Origin: a virus
Lineage: Duplodnaviria > Caudoviricetes
IMG/VR virus record: IMGVR_UViG_3300014208_000026
Coordinates: 64,001-128,000 of that record
DNA length: 64,000 bases
Reading direction: 5' to 3' (one strand)
Shown here: positions 39,161 through 48,900 of the stretch, piece by piece
Position numbering within the stretch: position 1 is the stretch's first letter
Layout of the letters: each line of letters begins with the position of its first letter
Notes under the pieces: generated by a model
Database searches by the model: none
What the model was told of the DNA's origin: nothing
What the model saw: only the letters and a program-made list of their open reading frames with translations
Translations under genes and position numbers: made by a program

Positions 39161-42100
39161 ATGGCTTTCCTGAAGTTCGCAAATGCACGAATCATCACGC
39201 CGGACCTTGGTGGTCAGGCGGGGTGGAAAAAAGTGCGTACCGCGGCTAAGAAAGCTGACGTGTCCCCCGACCTTTTGGAGCAGGCCAGCGGTATTCTCGG
39301 GAAGCCTTTCAATCCCGATGACTACCTGCTGACTCACTGCACCATCGTTTCGAGCGTCGACGTGGAGCCTGTTCCTGGGGCCAAGATCGGTAAGATCAAG
39401 GAGAACGGCTTTACTGTCAATCGTATCTACGGTGACTACAGGATCACTGAAGACACTTTGGAGCAGATCAACGCGAACAAGGATGCATGGGCCCGTGGTG
39501 TCATTCTGAAGTCCTACCAGACGTTCAGGGGTGGCCAGAATTTCTGTTTTGCTCCTGGCACTGAAGTTCTGATGGCTGACGGAACTTACCGTCCTATCGA
39601 GAAGGTAGTGGCAGGGGACGAAGTGATCACGCATACGGGTGAGGCTCATAAGGTCACTCAGACTTTTGTTAGGGATTTCGAAGGCCCGATTCAGGCTCTC
39701 TACGTAGACCGATTCAAGGATCCTCTTCTCGTTACGGGAAATCATCCGTTCAGAGCCATTTCTGTCACAGCTTCTCAGTTGACCTCTTACTCTGGAGCTA
39801 AGCTTTCTAGTCAGGTTCGCTATCGAAGAGATCAGATAGTAGACTCCCTTCGGGATGGAGAGGGTCATTTTGGTAAGGCGTTTCCGGCAGTCCGCGAGAT
39901 CAAAACTCTCCTGGCTAAAAGCGCTATGCTAGCCGGGGACATTGCAGAAGCGATGGGCCATAAGAGAACTTATTCTTCTGTCATCATTCAGAGAGTTCTA
40001 AAGCGGCACACAGACCAGTTTTTTTCCCGTCCTTTGCTTGTTTCAGAGTATCCGTCTTTACAGAAGGGGCGGTGGTGCAGTCGAGTGTGGGCTGTTAGAG
40101 AAGACGCCCCTGATTTGCCGGATACTGACGTGAAGGCAGACAAAGATTGGGTAGCTGCTGAGCATTTCAAAGCCGGGGATTTCATTCTCGGCCCAGAGCA
40201 AAAGTTAGGGCAGATATCCGAACCTGAGAAGGCCACTCTTCTTGGTTATTACCTTGCAGAAGGGTGCCGTCTTGATCCTCATAAGGATTATGGGGTGTGT
40301 TTGGTTTTCGGGGCACATGAGCGAAATCTCGTAGAGCATGCTGCGAAGCTGGCTGAAGGGTGTTTCCCGGGAACTACGGCTCATATTCAGAATCCTAAAA
40401 ATGGGGCTTTGAGAGTAGATTTGCGCGGTTCTGAGATTTGTAAGTGGATGGTTCGAAACGGCGGCATTTATTCTGAATCAAAGCGTCTCCATCCGGACGT
40501 TTTCTCTTGGGACAGAGAATCTCTTTTGAGAATGTTTGCCGCGTGGATGGCTGGAGACGGGGATCATCACAAAGGAACCTTACGTCTTCGTGGAGTTTCC
40601 GTGTCTCATGAGCTTGCACAGCAAATGCACAGAGTTGCTGAGTTGTGTGGGATAAAATCTTCTGTTGTTTTTACGCGCCAAAAAATTGGCGAGGTTTGTA
40701 GTCAAGTGACAATGGTTATTGGGGGTGAGCCTCGCGTTTTCAACGTGATTCCTCGGCACCACGTGTGGACTGTTTTGGTATCTAAAGACTCCACTCCTGA
40801 AGTTACTTGCCGGAATATTCGGTGGGGGGTTCCTCTACACGTTGTTGAAGATGTGCACAAACGTCAGGAGTTTGCTTGGTGGGGTGGTTGCAGGGTTCAT
40901 AGGGTAGATTCTAATGAGTCTATCCCCTATAAAGGTAAAGTGCATAATATAGAGGTTGAGGAAGATCATTCCTATGTAGTCGATTATGGTATTGCGGTAC
41001 ATAATTGTGAGCACATACAAATCACGGAACTTTCCAAGGGCCGCATCATCGATGCCGTAGCCCGTGACGTTGGGAATTCGATTTACGTGGATATCCTGAT
41101 TGCTACGGACAGGAAGCACACGGACCTCATTCGGGATATCAAGTCGGGTAAGATGGGCACCCTCTCAATGGGTTGTTTCCTCCCCGGGACTCAGGTGTCT
41201 CTGGCTGACGGTAGTCGTGTAGCAATCGAAAACGTGCAGGCTGGAGACAAGGTTCTGACGCATAAGGGCCGTGCTCGCGAAGTGCTGAACAAGCAGGTTC
41301 GTGAGGGCGTGTGGAACATCCGGCGTATTCAGGTAGCCGGGGTTTCGGCTGTGATCACTGCAACGGACAATCACCCCTTCTACGTGCTTCGTGACGAGTG
41401 GGAGTGGATTCGGGCCGACGAACTTCAGGCAGGAGATCTCCTGTGTGTTCCTGTGGGGGATCAGACCGCTTCTGTTGTTCTTTCTATTGAGTCTGGTACC
41501 TACGAAGGTCCTGTCCATAACATGGAAGTGGCGGAGGACAACTCCTATGTTGTGGAGGGAGTCGCTGTTCACAACTGCACGACCGATTTTACTATCTGCA
41601 CCAAGTGCGGGCACGTCGCTGTCGACGATACTGACCTCTGCAGCCACATTAAATACGAGAAGGGCAACACCTTCTATTACCCCGATGGGAAGAAAGGTAT
41701 TGTTGCAGAGTTATGTGGGCATTCTTCAATCGATCCGACCGGAGGCGTCTATTTCATCGAAGCCTCTTGGGTTGGTAAGCCCGCATTCCTTGGCGCTGTG
41801 CTCCGTAACATCATCGAGGCCAGGGAAGTGTCGCCCTCTACCCGTAAGAAGGCTATGGAGGTTCTCTCCTCCCTGCCCCCGCAGTGGACTACGAATGGCC
41901 GTAAGAAGGCCGCCAGCATGTACCTCAGTGCTTTCGACGACGGGATGGATGAAGGGACCGAAGAGGCTCCGGCTGAATCCGAAGGAGCCCCTGCAGAGTC
42001 CGAAGGAGCCGCGTCTCCCTGGTCCGATCTCGAAGACAAGATGGTCCAGAAGATTCTCCAGAACGTCGAGAAGAAGCTGTCCGACCAGCTAGGTCCGGAC

Positions 42101-42475
42101 GGTAAGTCTGTGCCTTCTGCTCAGTCTGAGACGGCCCCGAACAACAACATCATCAAGCAGGCTGTCAAGAAGACGGCGGCTCAGTTCTACAACAACACTC
42201 TCTCCGCCATGCTCCGTACCGCTTCTTCGGATGCGGATCTCATGGATCGTGTGGCTGCATTGAATACTGCGTTCGGGATTTCCATCCCCGTGCCTCTGTA
42301 TCGTGCGGCTTTGAAATTCAGCGGTAGGAATACCACGCTGAAGGGTTATGTCGCCTCGTGCGAACGTGCTTTAGGCAGAAAGGTCGAAGCCGGGGAGGCC
42401 AAGACTTTAGTGCGTTTGGGGAAACTGCTGGAGCAGTTCTCCAATAAAACGGCAGCGAAACAGCAATCACGGTAG
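39161..42475 (+). CDS. Prohead (capsid maturation) protease, HK97/assemblin-like, with two inteins (483 aa after splicing)
   Basis: Spliced exteins read QNF-CEH..SKGRIIDA..LSMG-CTTD..FIEASWVGKPAFLGA (His, Ser and E.S.V..PA motifs); directly upstream of scaffold and capsid genes. Confidence 0.75.
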   Translation: MAFLKFANARIITPDLGGQAGWKKVRTAAKKADVSPDLLEQASGILGKPFNPDDYLLTHCTIVSSVDVEPVPGAKIGKIKENGFTVNRIYGDYRITEDTLEQINANKDAWARGVILKSYQTFRGGQNFCFAPGTEVLMADGTYRPIEKVVAGDEVITHTGEAHKVTQTFVRDFEGPIQALYVDRFKDPLLVTGNHPFRAISVTASQLTSYSGAKLSSQVRYRRDQIVDSLRDGEGHFGKAFPAVREIKTLLAKSAMLAGDIAEAMGHKRTYSSVIIQRVLKRHTDQFFSRPLLVSEYPSLQKGRWCSRVWAVREDAPDLPDTDVKADKDWVAAEHFKAGDFILGPEQKLGQISEPEKATLLGYYLAEGCRLDPHKDYGVCLVFGAHERNLVEHAAKLAEGCFPGTTAHIQNPKNGALRVDLRGSEICKWMVRNGGIYSESKRLHPDVFSWDRESLLRMFAAWMAGDGDHHKGTLRLRGVSVSHELAQQMHRVAELCGIKSSVVFTRQKIGEVCSQVTMVIGGEPRVFNVIPRHHVWTVLVSKDSTPEVTCRNIRWGVPLHVVEDVHKRQEFAWWGGCRVHRVDSNESIPYKGKVHNIEVEEDHSYVVDYGIAVHNCEHIQITELSKGRIIDAVARDVGNSIYVDILIATDRKHTDLIRDIKSGKMGTLSMGCFLPGTQVSLADGSRVAIENVQAGDKVLTHKGRAREVLNKQVREGVWNIRRIQVAGVSAVITATDNHPFYVLRDEWEWIRADELQAGDLLCVPVGDQTASVVLSIESGTYEGPVHNMEVAEDNSYVVEGVAVHNCTTDFTICTKCGHVAVDDTDLCSHIKYEKGNTFYYPDGKKGIVAELCGHSSIDPTGGVYFIEASWVGKPAFLGAVLRNIIEAREVSPSTRKKAMEVLSSLPPQWTTNGRKKAASMYLSAFDDGMDEGTEEAPAESEGAPAESEGAASPWSDLEDKMVQKILQNVEKKLSDQLGPDGKSVPSAQSETAPNNNIIKQAVKKTAAQFYNNTLSAMLRTASSDADLMDRVAALNTAFGISIPVPLYRAALKFSGRNTTLKGYVASCERALGRKVEAGEAKTLVRLGKLLEQFSNKTAAKQQSR
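39545..41005 (+). mobile_element. Intein 1 with LAGLIDADG endonuclease (487 aa)
   Basis: CFAPGTEV..VTGNHPF..LLGYYLAEG..FAAWMAGDG..HNIEV..GIAVHN; +1 residue is Cys. Confidence 0.92.
41174..41575 (+). mobile_element. Mini-intein 2 (134 aa)
   Basis: CFLPGTQV..ATDNHPF..HNMEV..GVAVHN; +1 residue is Cys. Confidence 0.92.
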
Positions 42476-42490
42476 AAGGAGGAACGAGCA

Positions 42491-43870
42491 ATGAAACGAC
42501 AGCGTAGTACCTGGGTCAAGAAGGCTTCGGCCGCCCCGGCGGTCCCGTTTGAGTCCGGCGGTCACCCTGCTGAGCAGCCCGATCCGAACGAGCACGATTA
42601 CGAGAACGGGGACACCTCGTCTTGGAACGAAGATCCCAAGCCCGGCCCCTACACGCAGAGCGGTCACCCTGCGACCCCCGATGAGGGCATTACTCATCCG
42701 GCCGCCAAGAAGGCTCGCCTTACTCCGAAGCAGGCTGCTGTCATGCAGAAGCGTGCTGAGGTGAAGGCCGCCAAGTGCGTGAAGATGGCGACTGCTTTCC
42801 TCGGCGAAGACGCCGACGAAGGCGACGTTGAGGATCAGGCTCTCGCGTTCATGGATCTCGACGACGCCAAGGTTGAGGCTTCCCTGAATCGCCTGAGCGA
42901 GGATGTCCCTGAGGACGAGGAAGCGGACGACGACGAAGAGGCCATGCTCGCCGCCATGCTCGCCGAGGAAGAGGAGAAGGACGACGAGGCCGACGACGTC
43001 GAGGAAGAGCCTGAGCCCGAGACGGACAAGACCGCTTCGCTGAAGCGGCGTCTCGCCAAGGCGGAAGCTCAGCTTCGCAAGCTGGCCGAAGAGGATGAGC
43101 CTGAGGAAGAGGACGACCCCGAGGTTGCCTCCCTGAAGAAGCGTCTCGCCAAGGTTGAGGCTCTTTTGAAGAAGGCTACCCGTAAGGCCGCCGACGACGA
43201 GCCCGAAACCGAGGAAGAGACCGAGGACAAGACTGCCGGTCAGAACGAGCCCGACGCTTTCTATACCGACAAGGGTAAGGAAGCCGATGATGGCAACGAG
43301 GATCTCGACGACGAAGAGAAGGCCATGCTGGCCGAGATGACCGCTGAGGAAGACGACGGCGACGAGGATCTCGACGACGAAGAGAAGGCCATGCTCGCTG
43401 AGATGCTGGCTGAGGAAGAGACCGAAGAGAAGCCCGAGGAGACTGAGGCTGAGGAGCCCGAGGAAGCCGAAGGCAAAGAAGCCTGCGACGCTTGTGACGG
43501 TACCGGCGAAGACCTCGACGGGATCGATGACATCTTCATCGACGACGCCGATATGGTCCCCGAACTGGAAGAGCCGATTGTCCTTGACGGCGACCCCATG
43601 GGCATGCTGGCCGATGACGTCGAGTTCACCCCGGAAGACGAAGCCGATCTGGCTTCCCTGTACGCTTCTGACGAGACCGAGGAAGTTCCTGTCGAGAAGA
43701 CGGCCCGTGCCAAGACGGCTTCCCGTAAGGTTGCCCCGAAGCCCGTTCCGAAGAAGGTCAGCACTGGTGCCAAGAAGCTCGGTAGCGTCCGTACGGCGTC
43801 GACCGAAGCCAGCTCGCTTGAGAACATCTGGGAAAGCGCTCCGGACGTTTCGGACGTGTTCAACCAGTAG
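42491..43870 (+). CDS. Acidic capsid scaffold-like protein
   Basis: Very Asp/Glu-rich coiled coil between protease and capsid genes; internal repeats (EDLDDEEKAMLAEM x2, SLKxRLAKxE x2); many KTAS/KTAG sites. Confidence 0.65.
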   Translation: MKRQRSTWVKKASAAPAVPFESGGHPAEQPDPNEHDYENGDTSSWNEDPKPGPYTQSGHPATPDEGITHPAAKKARLTPKQAAVMQKRAEVKAAKCVKMATAFLGEDADEGDVEDQALAFMDLDDAKVEASLNRLSEDVPEDEEADDDEEAMLAAMLAEEEEKDDEADDVEEEPEPETDKTASLKRRLAKAEAQLRKLAEEDEPEEEDDPEVASLKKRLAKVEALLKKATRKAADDEPETEEETEDKTAGQNEPDAFYTDKGKEADDGNEDLDDEEKAMLAEMTAEEDDGDEDLDDEEKAMLAEMLAEEETEEKPEETEAEEPEEAEGKEACDACDGTGEDLDGIDDIFIDDADMVPELEEPIVLDGDPMGMLADDVEFTPEDEADLASLYASDETEEVPVEKTARAKTASRKVAPKPVPKKVSTGAKKLGSVRTASTEASSLENIWESAPDVSDVFNQ

Positions 43871-44087
43871 TCCTACGACTTTTCGAAATCGGGGCTGAAG
43901 CCTAGTAAGCCCCGAAGTTCGAAGAATCGACAGATGCAAATCAGATTTCGATAAATACCTTCAATTAGATGCCTATAAGACAGACGTATTAGTGGAGAGG
44001 ATGACCTGCTTGGGGTGGGTCACTGGGGAGGGTTGAAAGACCCAAACCACCTCGTACTTCGCTGGTGAACAATGTTCGGAGGAAATC

Positions 44088-44756
44088 ATGCCCCTGAATG
44101 GACAGCCAAGCGGAGGGTGGACTGAGTCGAGTTCGTCTCTTAGGCTTCTGCACGTCGGAGTCCGTAACTCCGTCGGCGAGCTGTGCGACGACGCTTTCAC
44201 GCAGACTAACCCCCCCAACGTGGCAACTGCTGCTGGTGTGAGTGCTCAAGCGGACACTTCGGTGTTTGGTGTCCTGTCCGGCTCGGTCGCGTTCGCGCGT
44301 CCCGACGTCGGATCCAACTTCATTGGTGGACCTGCTCCGATGACCGTCGATGGAACGATCAATCAGACCTTCGTCCGCCCCCTCGGCTGCTTCCTGAATC
44401 ACGCTGTCGGTTATGCGTGGGAAAACCAGCCGGGTCTTGCTTCGGGTAAGGGTCCCTACGTTTCGGCGTGCGGCACTTACGCGAACGCCCTGTTCGAGGA
44501 CAAGTGCATCGCGACGGCGGGTGCCGTCACGGTCGGCGACCCGCTGTACTACATCACGGGTGCCCAGCTTGTCGCTTCGCTGAACGGCTACCTGATGCCC
44601 GCCAACGGGCACACGGGTGGCGTCCTGATCGCCTATGACATTGATGGTCTGGCGTTCCAGGCGACGTTCGGTGCGGCTGCCACCACTGTAATCGGCGTTC
44701 TCAAGATGCCCGCGGATAGCGAGCAGAATGAGATCGTCTATGATCAGCGCATCTAG
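44088..44756 (+). CDS. Putative head decoration / minor capsid protein
   Basis: Gly/Ala/Thr-rich, highly biased codons, immediately upstream of the MCP. Confidence 0.55.
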   Translation: MPLNGQPSGGWTESSSSLRLLHVGVRNSVGELCDDAFTQTNPPNVATAAGVSAQADTSVFGVLSGSVAFARPDVGSNFIGGPAPMTVDGTINQTFVRPLGCFLNHAVGYAWENQPGLASGKGPYVSACGTYANALFEDKCIATAGAVTVGDPLYYITGAQLVASLNGYLMPANGHTGGVLIAYDIDGLAFQATFGAAATTVIGVLKMPADSEQNEIVYDQRI

Positions 44757-44767
44757 GGAGGTATAAG

Positions 44768-45643
44768 ATGACTAACGTAAGTACCGCCCAGAAGCAAGAG
44801 ATCATCAGTCGCTACATCACCAGCCCCCAGGGCCGCGTCAAGCTGGCTGCCAGCATGACCCAGCCGCTTCGTACTCGGCGTGATTACACGTCGGTCGGCC
44901 GCAAGACTTTCCTGGTCGAGCAGCTTCCCGATGGCGCCTTGCCGCTGTACGATAAGGACCCCGACGTCACGGCGTTCGTGGTCGGCGAAGAAGGCGAGAA
45001 CATCCTGGCGGTCACGAAGCCTCGGCGCGTGATCTTCCCGCTGTTCGAGATCGCTTCGCTCCCCGAGATTCCTCTGACGCAGATCAAAGAACGTCGCTTC
45101 GATCTCATCGAGCGTGCTCAGGATCTGGCCCGTGCTCAGATCCAGGCCGCTGAGGATGAGCGCGTGTTCGCAATTCTGGACGCCATTGCCGTGGCGGGCT
45201 TTGATAGCCTTCCTGGCCAGATGAACCCTGACATCCCCGTCATTGCCCCCATCAGCCCGGCCGTCCTCGCGGATGCGTTCGCTCTGATCGAGGCTCATGA
45301 CCTTCGGGTTGCTCGTGTGTTCATGAATGCCCGCGATTACTCGGACCTGCGTAAGTGGGGCCGTGACATCCTGGACATCGAGTCCCAGGCTGCGCTGCTG
45401 AAGACTGGCCTGATGGCGACCCTCTGGGGCGCTCAGATCATCGTCAGCCGCCTTGTCCCCGTGGGCACCGTGTATGTCACTTGTGAAAGTGACATGTTTG
45501 GACGCATCCCCGTGCGTACGGAACTTACGGTTTTGAGTGCGGACGATCCCCGTGCGCGCACGATTGGGTTCTCCTGCTTCGAAAACCTGGGCATCGGGGC
45601 GTACAACCCCCGTGGCCTCACCCGTCTCACCGTAACCCGCTAG
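44768..45643 (+). CDS. Major capsid protein (HK97 fold)
   Basis: GRVKLAASMTQPLR..DY..VGRK..VEQLPDGALPLYDKD; strong RBS; strongest codon bias in the window; terminator follows. Confidence 0.8.
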   Translation: MTNVSTAQKQEIISRYITSPQGRVKLAASMTQPLRTRRDYTSVGRKTFLVEQLPDGALPLYDKDPDVTAFVVGEEGENILAVTKPRRVIFPLFEIASLPEIPLTQIKERRFDLIERAQDLARAQIQAAEDERVFAILDAIAVAGFDSLPGQMNPDIPVIAPISPAVLADAFALIEAHDLRVARVFMNARDYSDLRKWGRDILDIESQAALLKTGLMATLWGAQIIVSRLVPVGTVYVTCESDMFGRIPVRTELTVLSADDPRARTIGFSCFENLGIGAYNPRGLTRLTVTR

Positions 45644-45686
45644 TCGGCGTTATTGTTGGGGTTTTTGACCCCGACTGGTGAAACCA

Positions 45687-45722
45687 AGAAAGCCCGGTGG
45701 CTTCGGTCACCGGGCTTTTTTG
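45687..45722 (+). terminator. Rho-independent terminator
   Basis: AGCCCGGTGGC-TTCG-GTCACCGGGCT followed by a T-tract. Confidence 0.9.
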
Positions 45723-45974
45723 TGTCTGAAATAGGGACTCGCTATCCGGGCCTGTTCTTCAAAATCCCCTCATAGCATTTTCCGGTAGATGTTTGTTTAG
45801 ATCCCGATCCGTGCGGGCAGGTTTTAAGCCAGAGCCTCTCAAGGGTCCGGTCTTATTTGTTATCGGATGTTGAACTTTTTTCTGTTGCCCTGCCCCGCTA
45901 TAGAGTATAGTTATAACGGAACAGGAAACCGTCGGTGCCAGTTCAGCCGAGCCCGACCAGGAAAAGGAGTTCAC

Positions 45975-48900
45975 ATGAAGTTGACCCCCGAAATTCTCAA
46001 GGACCTGTATCTGGTGCAGTTGAAAACGGAGACTGAAATTGCCGGTATGTTCGGAACTTCCCAAGTCCAAGTTGGGCGCCTTCGTAAGAAGTGGGGCATA
46101 CCGACTTTGGGTAAGACAGGACGCCTGGAAAAATTGCTGCCTCCAGTTCTAACTTCCGAACAGGAAGAGGTTCTAATAGGGTCTCTGTTAGGGGATGGTT
46201 GTCTTAAAGGTATTTCGGAAAAGACGGCTCTGTACACGGAGACTCACGGACCTTCCCAATACGCCTATCTCGATTGGAAAGCCGAAATATTAGGTCCTTT
46301 TGCTCTAAGTGTTTATCCGACGATGAAAAGAGTAGGGGATAAAGAGTTTCCAGGTAGAGGCTTTACTACGCATGCTAGCACTGTTCTCAGGCCCTATTAC
46401 GATATGTTCTATCCTGCTCCGTCCCGTAAAAAGGTTTTTCCGGTTGATCTCTCCAAGAGGTTGACCCCTCTGGCTCTGGCAGTTTGGTATATGGACGACG
46501 GAAGTCTGGCAGGCACACACACTGCACGAATAGCTTTCGGACTGGACCCTTTAAGTCTGGAAAGGGCTTTACAGGCGCTACGTGATTTAGGGTTCAATCC
46601 TGTAGCCTACGGTAAAAAGGGCAATCAGGCTATTTGGCTCACGGGGGATACTCATCTGTTTTTGGACTTGACCGGCAAATACGTCTCAGAGCACATGCCT
46701 CAAAAGCTACCCTGTTGGACGGAAAGGCAGAAAGGAGATTTGAATGCCGAGAAATTAACACCGGAGCTGGCGGCTGAATTGTATTCTGGAAACTCTACAG
46801 TTGAGGATATTGCTGAAAAGTTCGGTGTCGGTACAAGCACCGTGAAACGCCGTTTGCGGGATGCTGAAACTCCGATGAGACGGTCTGGCCCACGTGATGC
46901 AGAGCCGGGGGATACTGCCATGCAGCCCCTTAGAGTTAAACCGAGTTTTCAGGAATGCGGGGTGGTTTTACCATGCCCTGACTACAACGGCCCTATAGAC
47001 AAGAGCAATTATCAGTGGGCAAAGAAAGCCGGATTGACTCCAGATACTCTACGGGTGATATATGCTAAGTACGGTGATGAAGAGATAGCTGAGCTATTCG
47101 GGGTTTCAGGTGTAGCCGTTGGAGTTCAGCGTAAGAAATGGGGCATTGAAAGTATCAGTGCCAGACAAAGAAGAGACAAGGTGGAACGCAAGGGTTTGCC
47201 CTCGCTCGACAACCTCACGCCTGAAGGGTTGAAGGTTCTTTCCAAAACTATGGGGGACCAGAAGATCGCTGCTATGCACGGAGTACAAAAGCCTGCGGTT
47301 TCTCGACTGAGGGAGCAGTGGGATATAGCGGCAACGTCTAAGTCTGAACGGGCCACTTCTGAAACGATACTGACGGATGAACAGAAAGAAGCCTGTATTG
47401 GAACACTTCTAGGGGACGCTCATCTTACAGAAAGCGGTAGCTTGAGAGTTTCGCACAGCCACGATCAGATCGGGTATCTGAAAGCTTTACGCGCTATTCT
47501 GGTTCCTTACGCTAGACCGATTCATTATTCTGAGTCTAGTATGCCTAGTGGCCAAGTGTGTTTCACTTTCGGTTTCAAGACGGTTCAGCATATGTGGTTG
47601 AAAGAACTCCGTAACATCTTCTATCCAGAGCCGGAAAAGGTGAAAGTATTCCCAGAGAGTATTATCCGCACTTTAACACCCCTATCACTGGCATACTGGT
47701 ATTTCGATGACGGTCACTGGGGTGATGTTCTATATATAGCCTTGGGTCCCATCTCAGATTATGAAAAAGAGTACATTCCAGTTTGGCTGAAAGACCGTTT
47801 TGGCTTTGACTCCTACATAAAGGGGAAACCCAACTGTCGACTGCTGTTCATTCGTGGGGCTTCTCATGAGATTTTCTTCAATCTGATCCGAAACTACGCC
47901 ATTCCAGATATGCTGTACAAGTTCCCGCCGAAGTACCGTCCTGCGGGTATTCTTCCCATCCACCCCGTTAGGACAACGCCGCAAATCAAGATCCCTCCCG
48001 ATCTGCTGGAGGGTTGTGAGGACTGGCTCTCTAAGACCTCTGTACAGCAAGAACAGACAGTCGATGATCTGTGCGGTTTCTGGCGGAGCCAGGGTTTCCC
48101 CCACTGTGAAATCCGCCCCGAGGAGCTGATTACTCTTTTGGAAGTTACTCCGGATCAGATAATCCATGAAGGTGTGATTCGACCCCGACAAGTCGGGCAA
48201 TCCCTTTGTCATGCTTTCATGCCTCATATCTGGAAGGCCCGTTCCAGGAGCAGTGAGCAAAGTCCTTTCGACCTATTCTCTGATGACACTACGCTCAAGG
48301 GAGCTTTGCGGTATCTGTTGGAGAAAGGCAGTAAGCCAACGGCTGCGGGATTGCGCGGGGCTCTTCGTTACTGGAGGTACTCAGGAGTTTACAATTTCCG
48401 GCCCTCCGCAGCTAAGGCTTTGGTGGACACCTATTGCGTTCCTGGAGGCACAGTGTGGGATCCCTGCGCTGGTTACGGCGGGCGTCTCTTGGGTACTTTG
48501 CTGTCCAGGAACTCCCCGAAGTACATTGCTTGCGAACCACAGTCTGAGACCTTCTGCCGACTGCAAGAGTTGGCAGGCTGGTTAGAGAAGTATCTCCCTG
48601 ACATTTCTTCCCGAGTGCAGTTGAACCACGTTCCCGCTGAGGAGTTCAAGTTGCCCGAGTACGTCGACATGGTTTTCACTTCTCCGCCGTACTGGCAGCA
48701 GGAGGTTTACGGAGAGGAAGAGACCCAATCTGGGATTCGGTACAAGACCTATGAGGCGTGGTTAGAGGGCTTCTGGAAGCCCGTGCTTCGACAGGCGGTA
48801 GCAAAGCTGAAAGCTGGTGGCTGGTTGGTTTTGAACGTCGACACTTTCGTTGCCAACCACAAGACCTATGACCTGCCTGGGGACACGATCGCTATCTGCA

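Noticed and set aside
45644-45974. Possible tRNA or ncRNA in the larger intergenic gaps
   Set aside because: No cloverleaf or T-loop (GTTCRA) pattern seen by eye.
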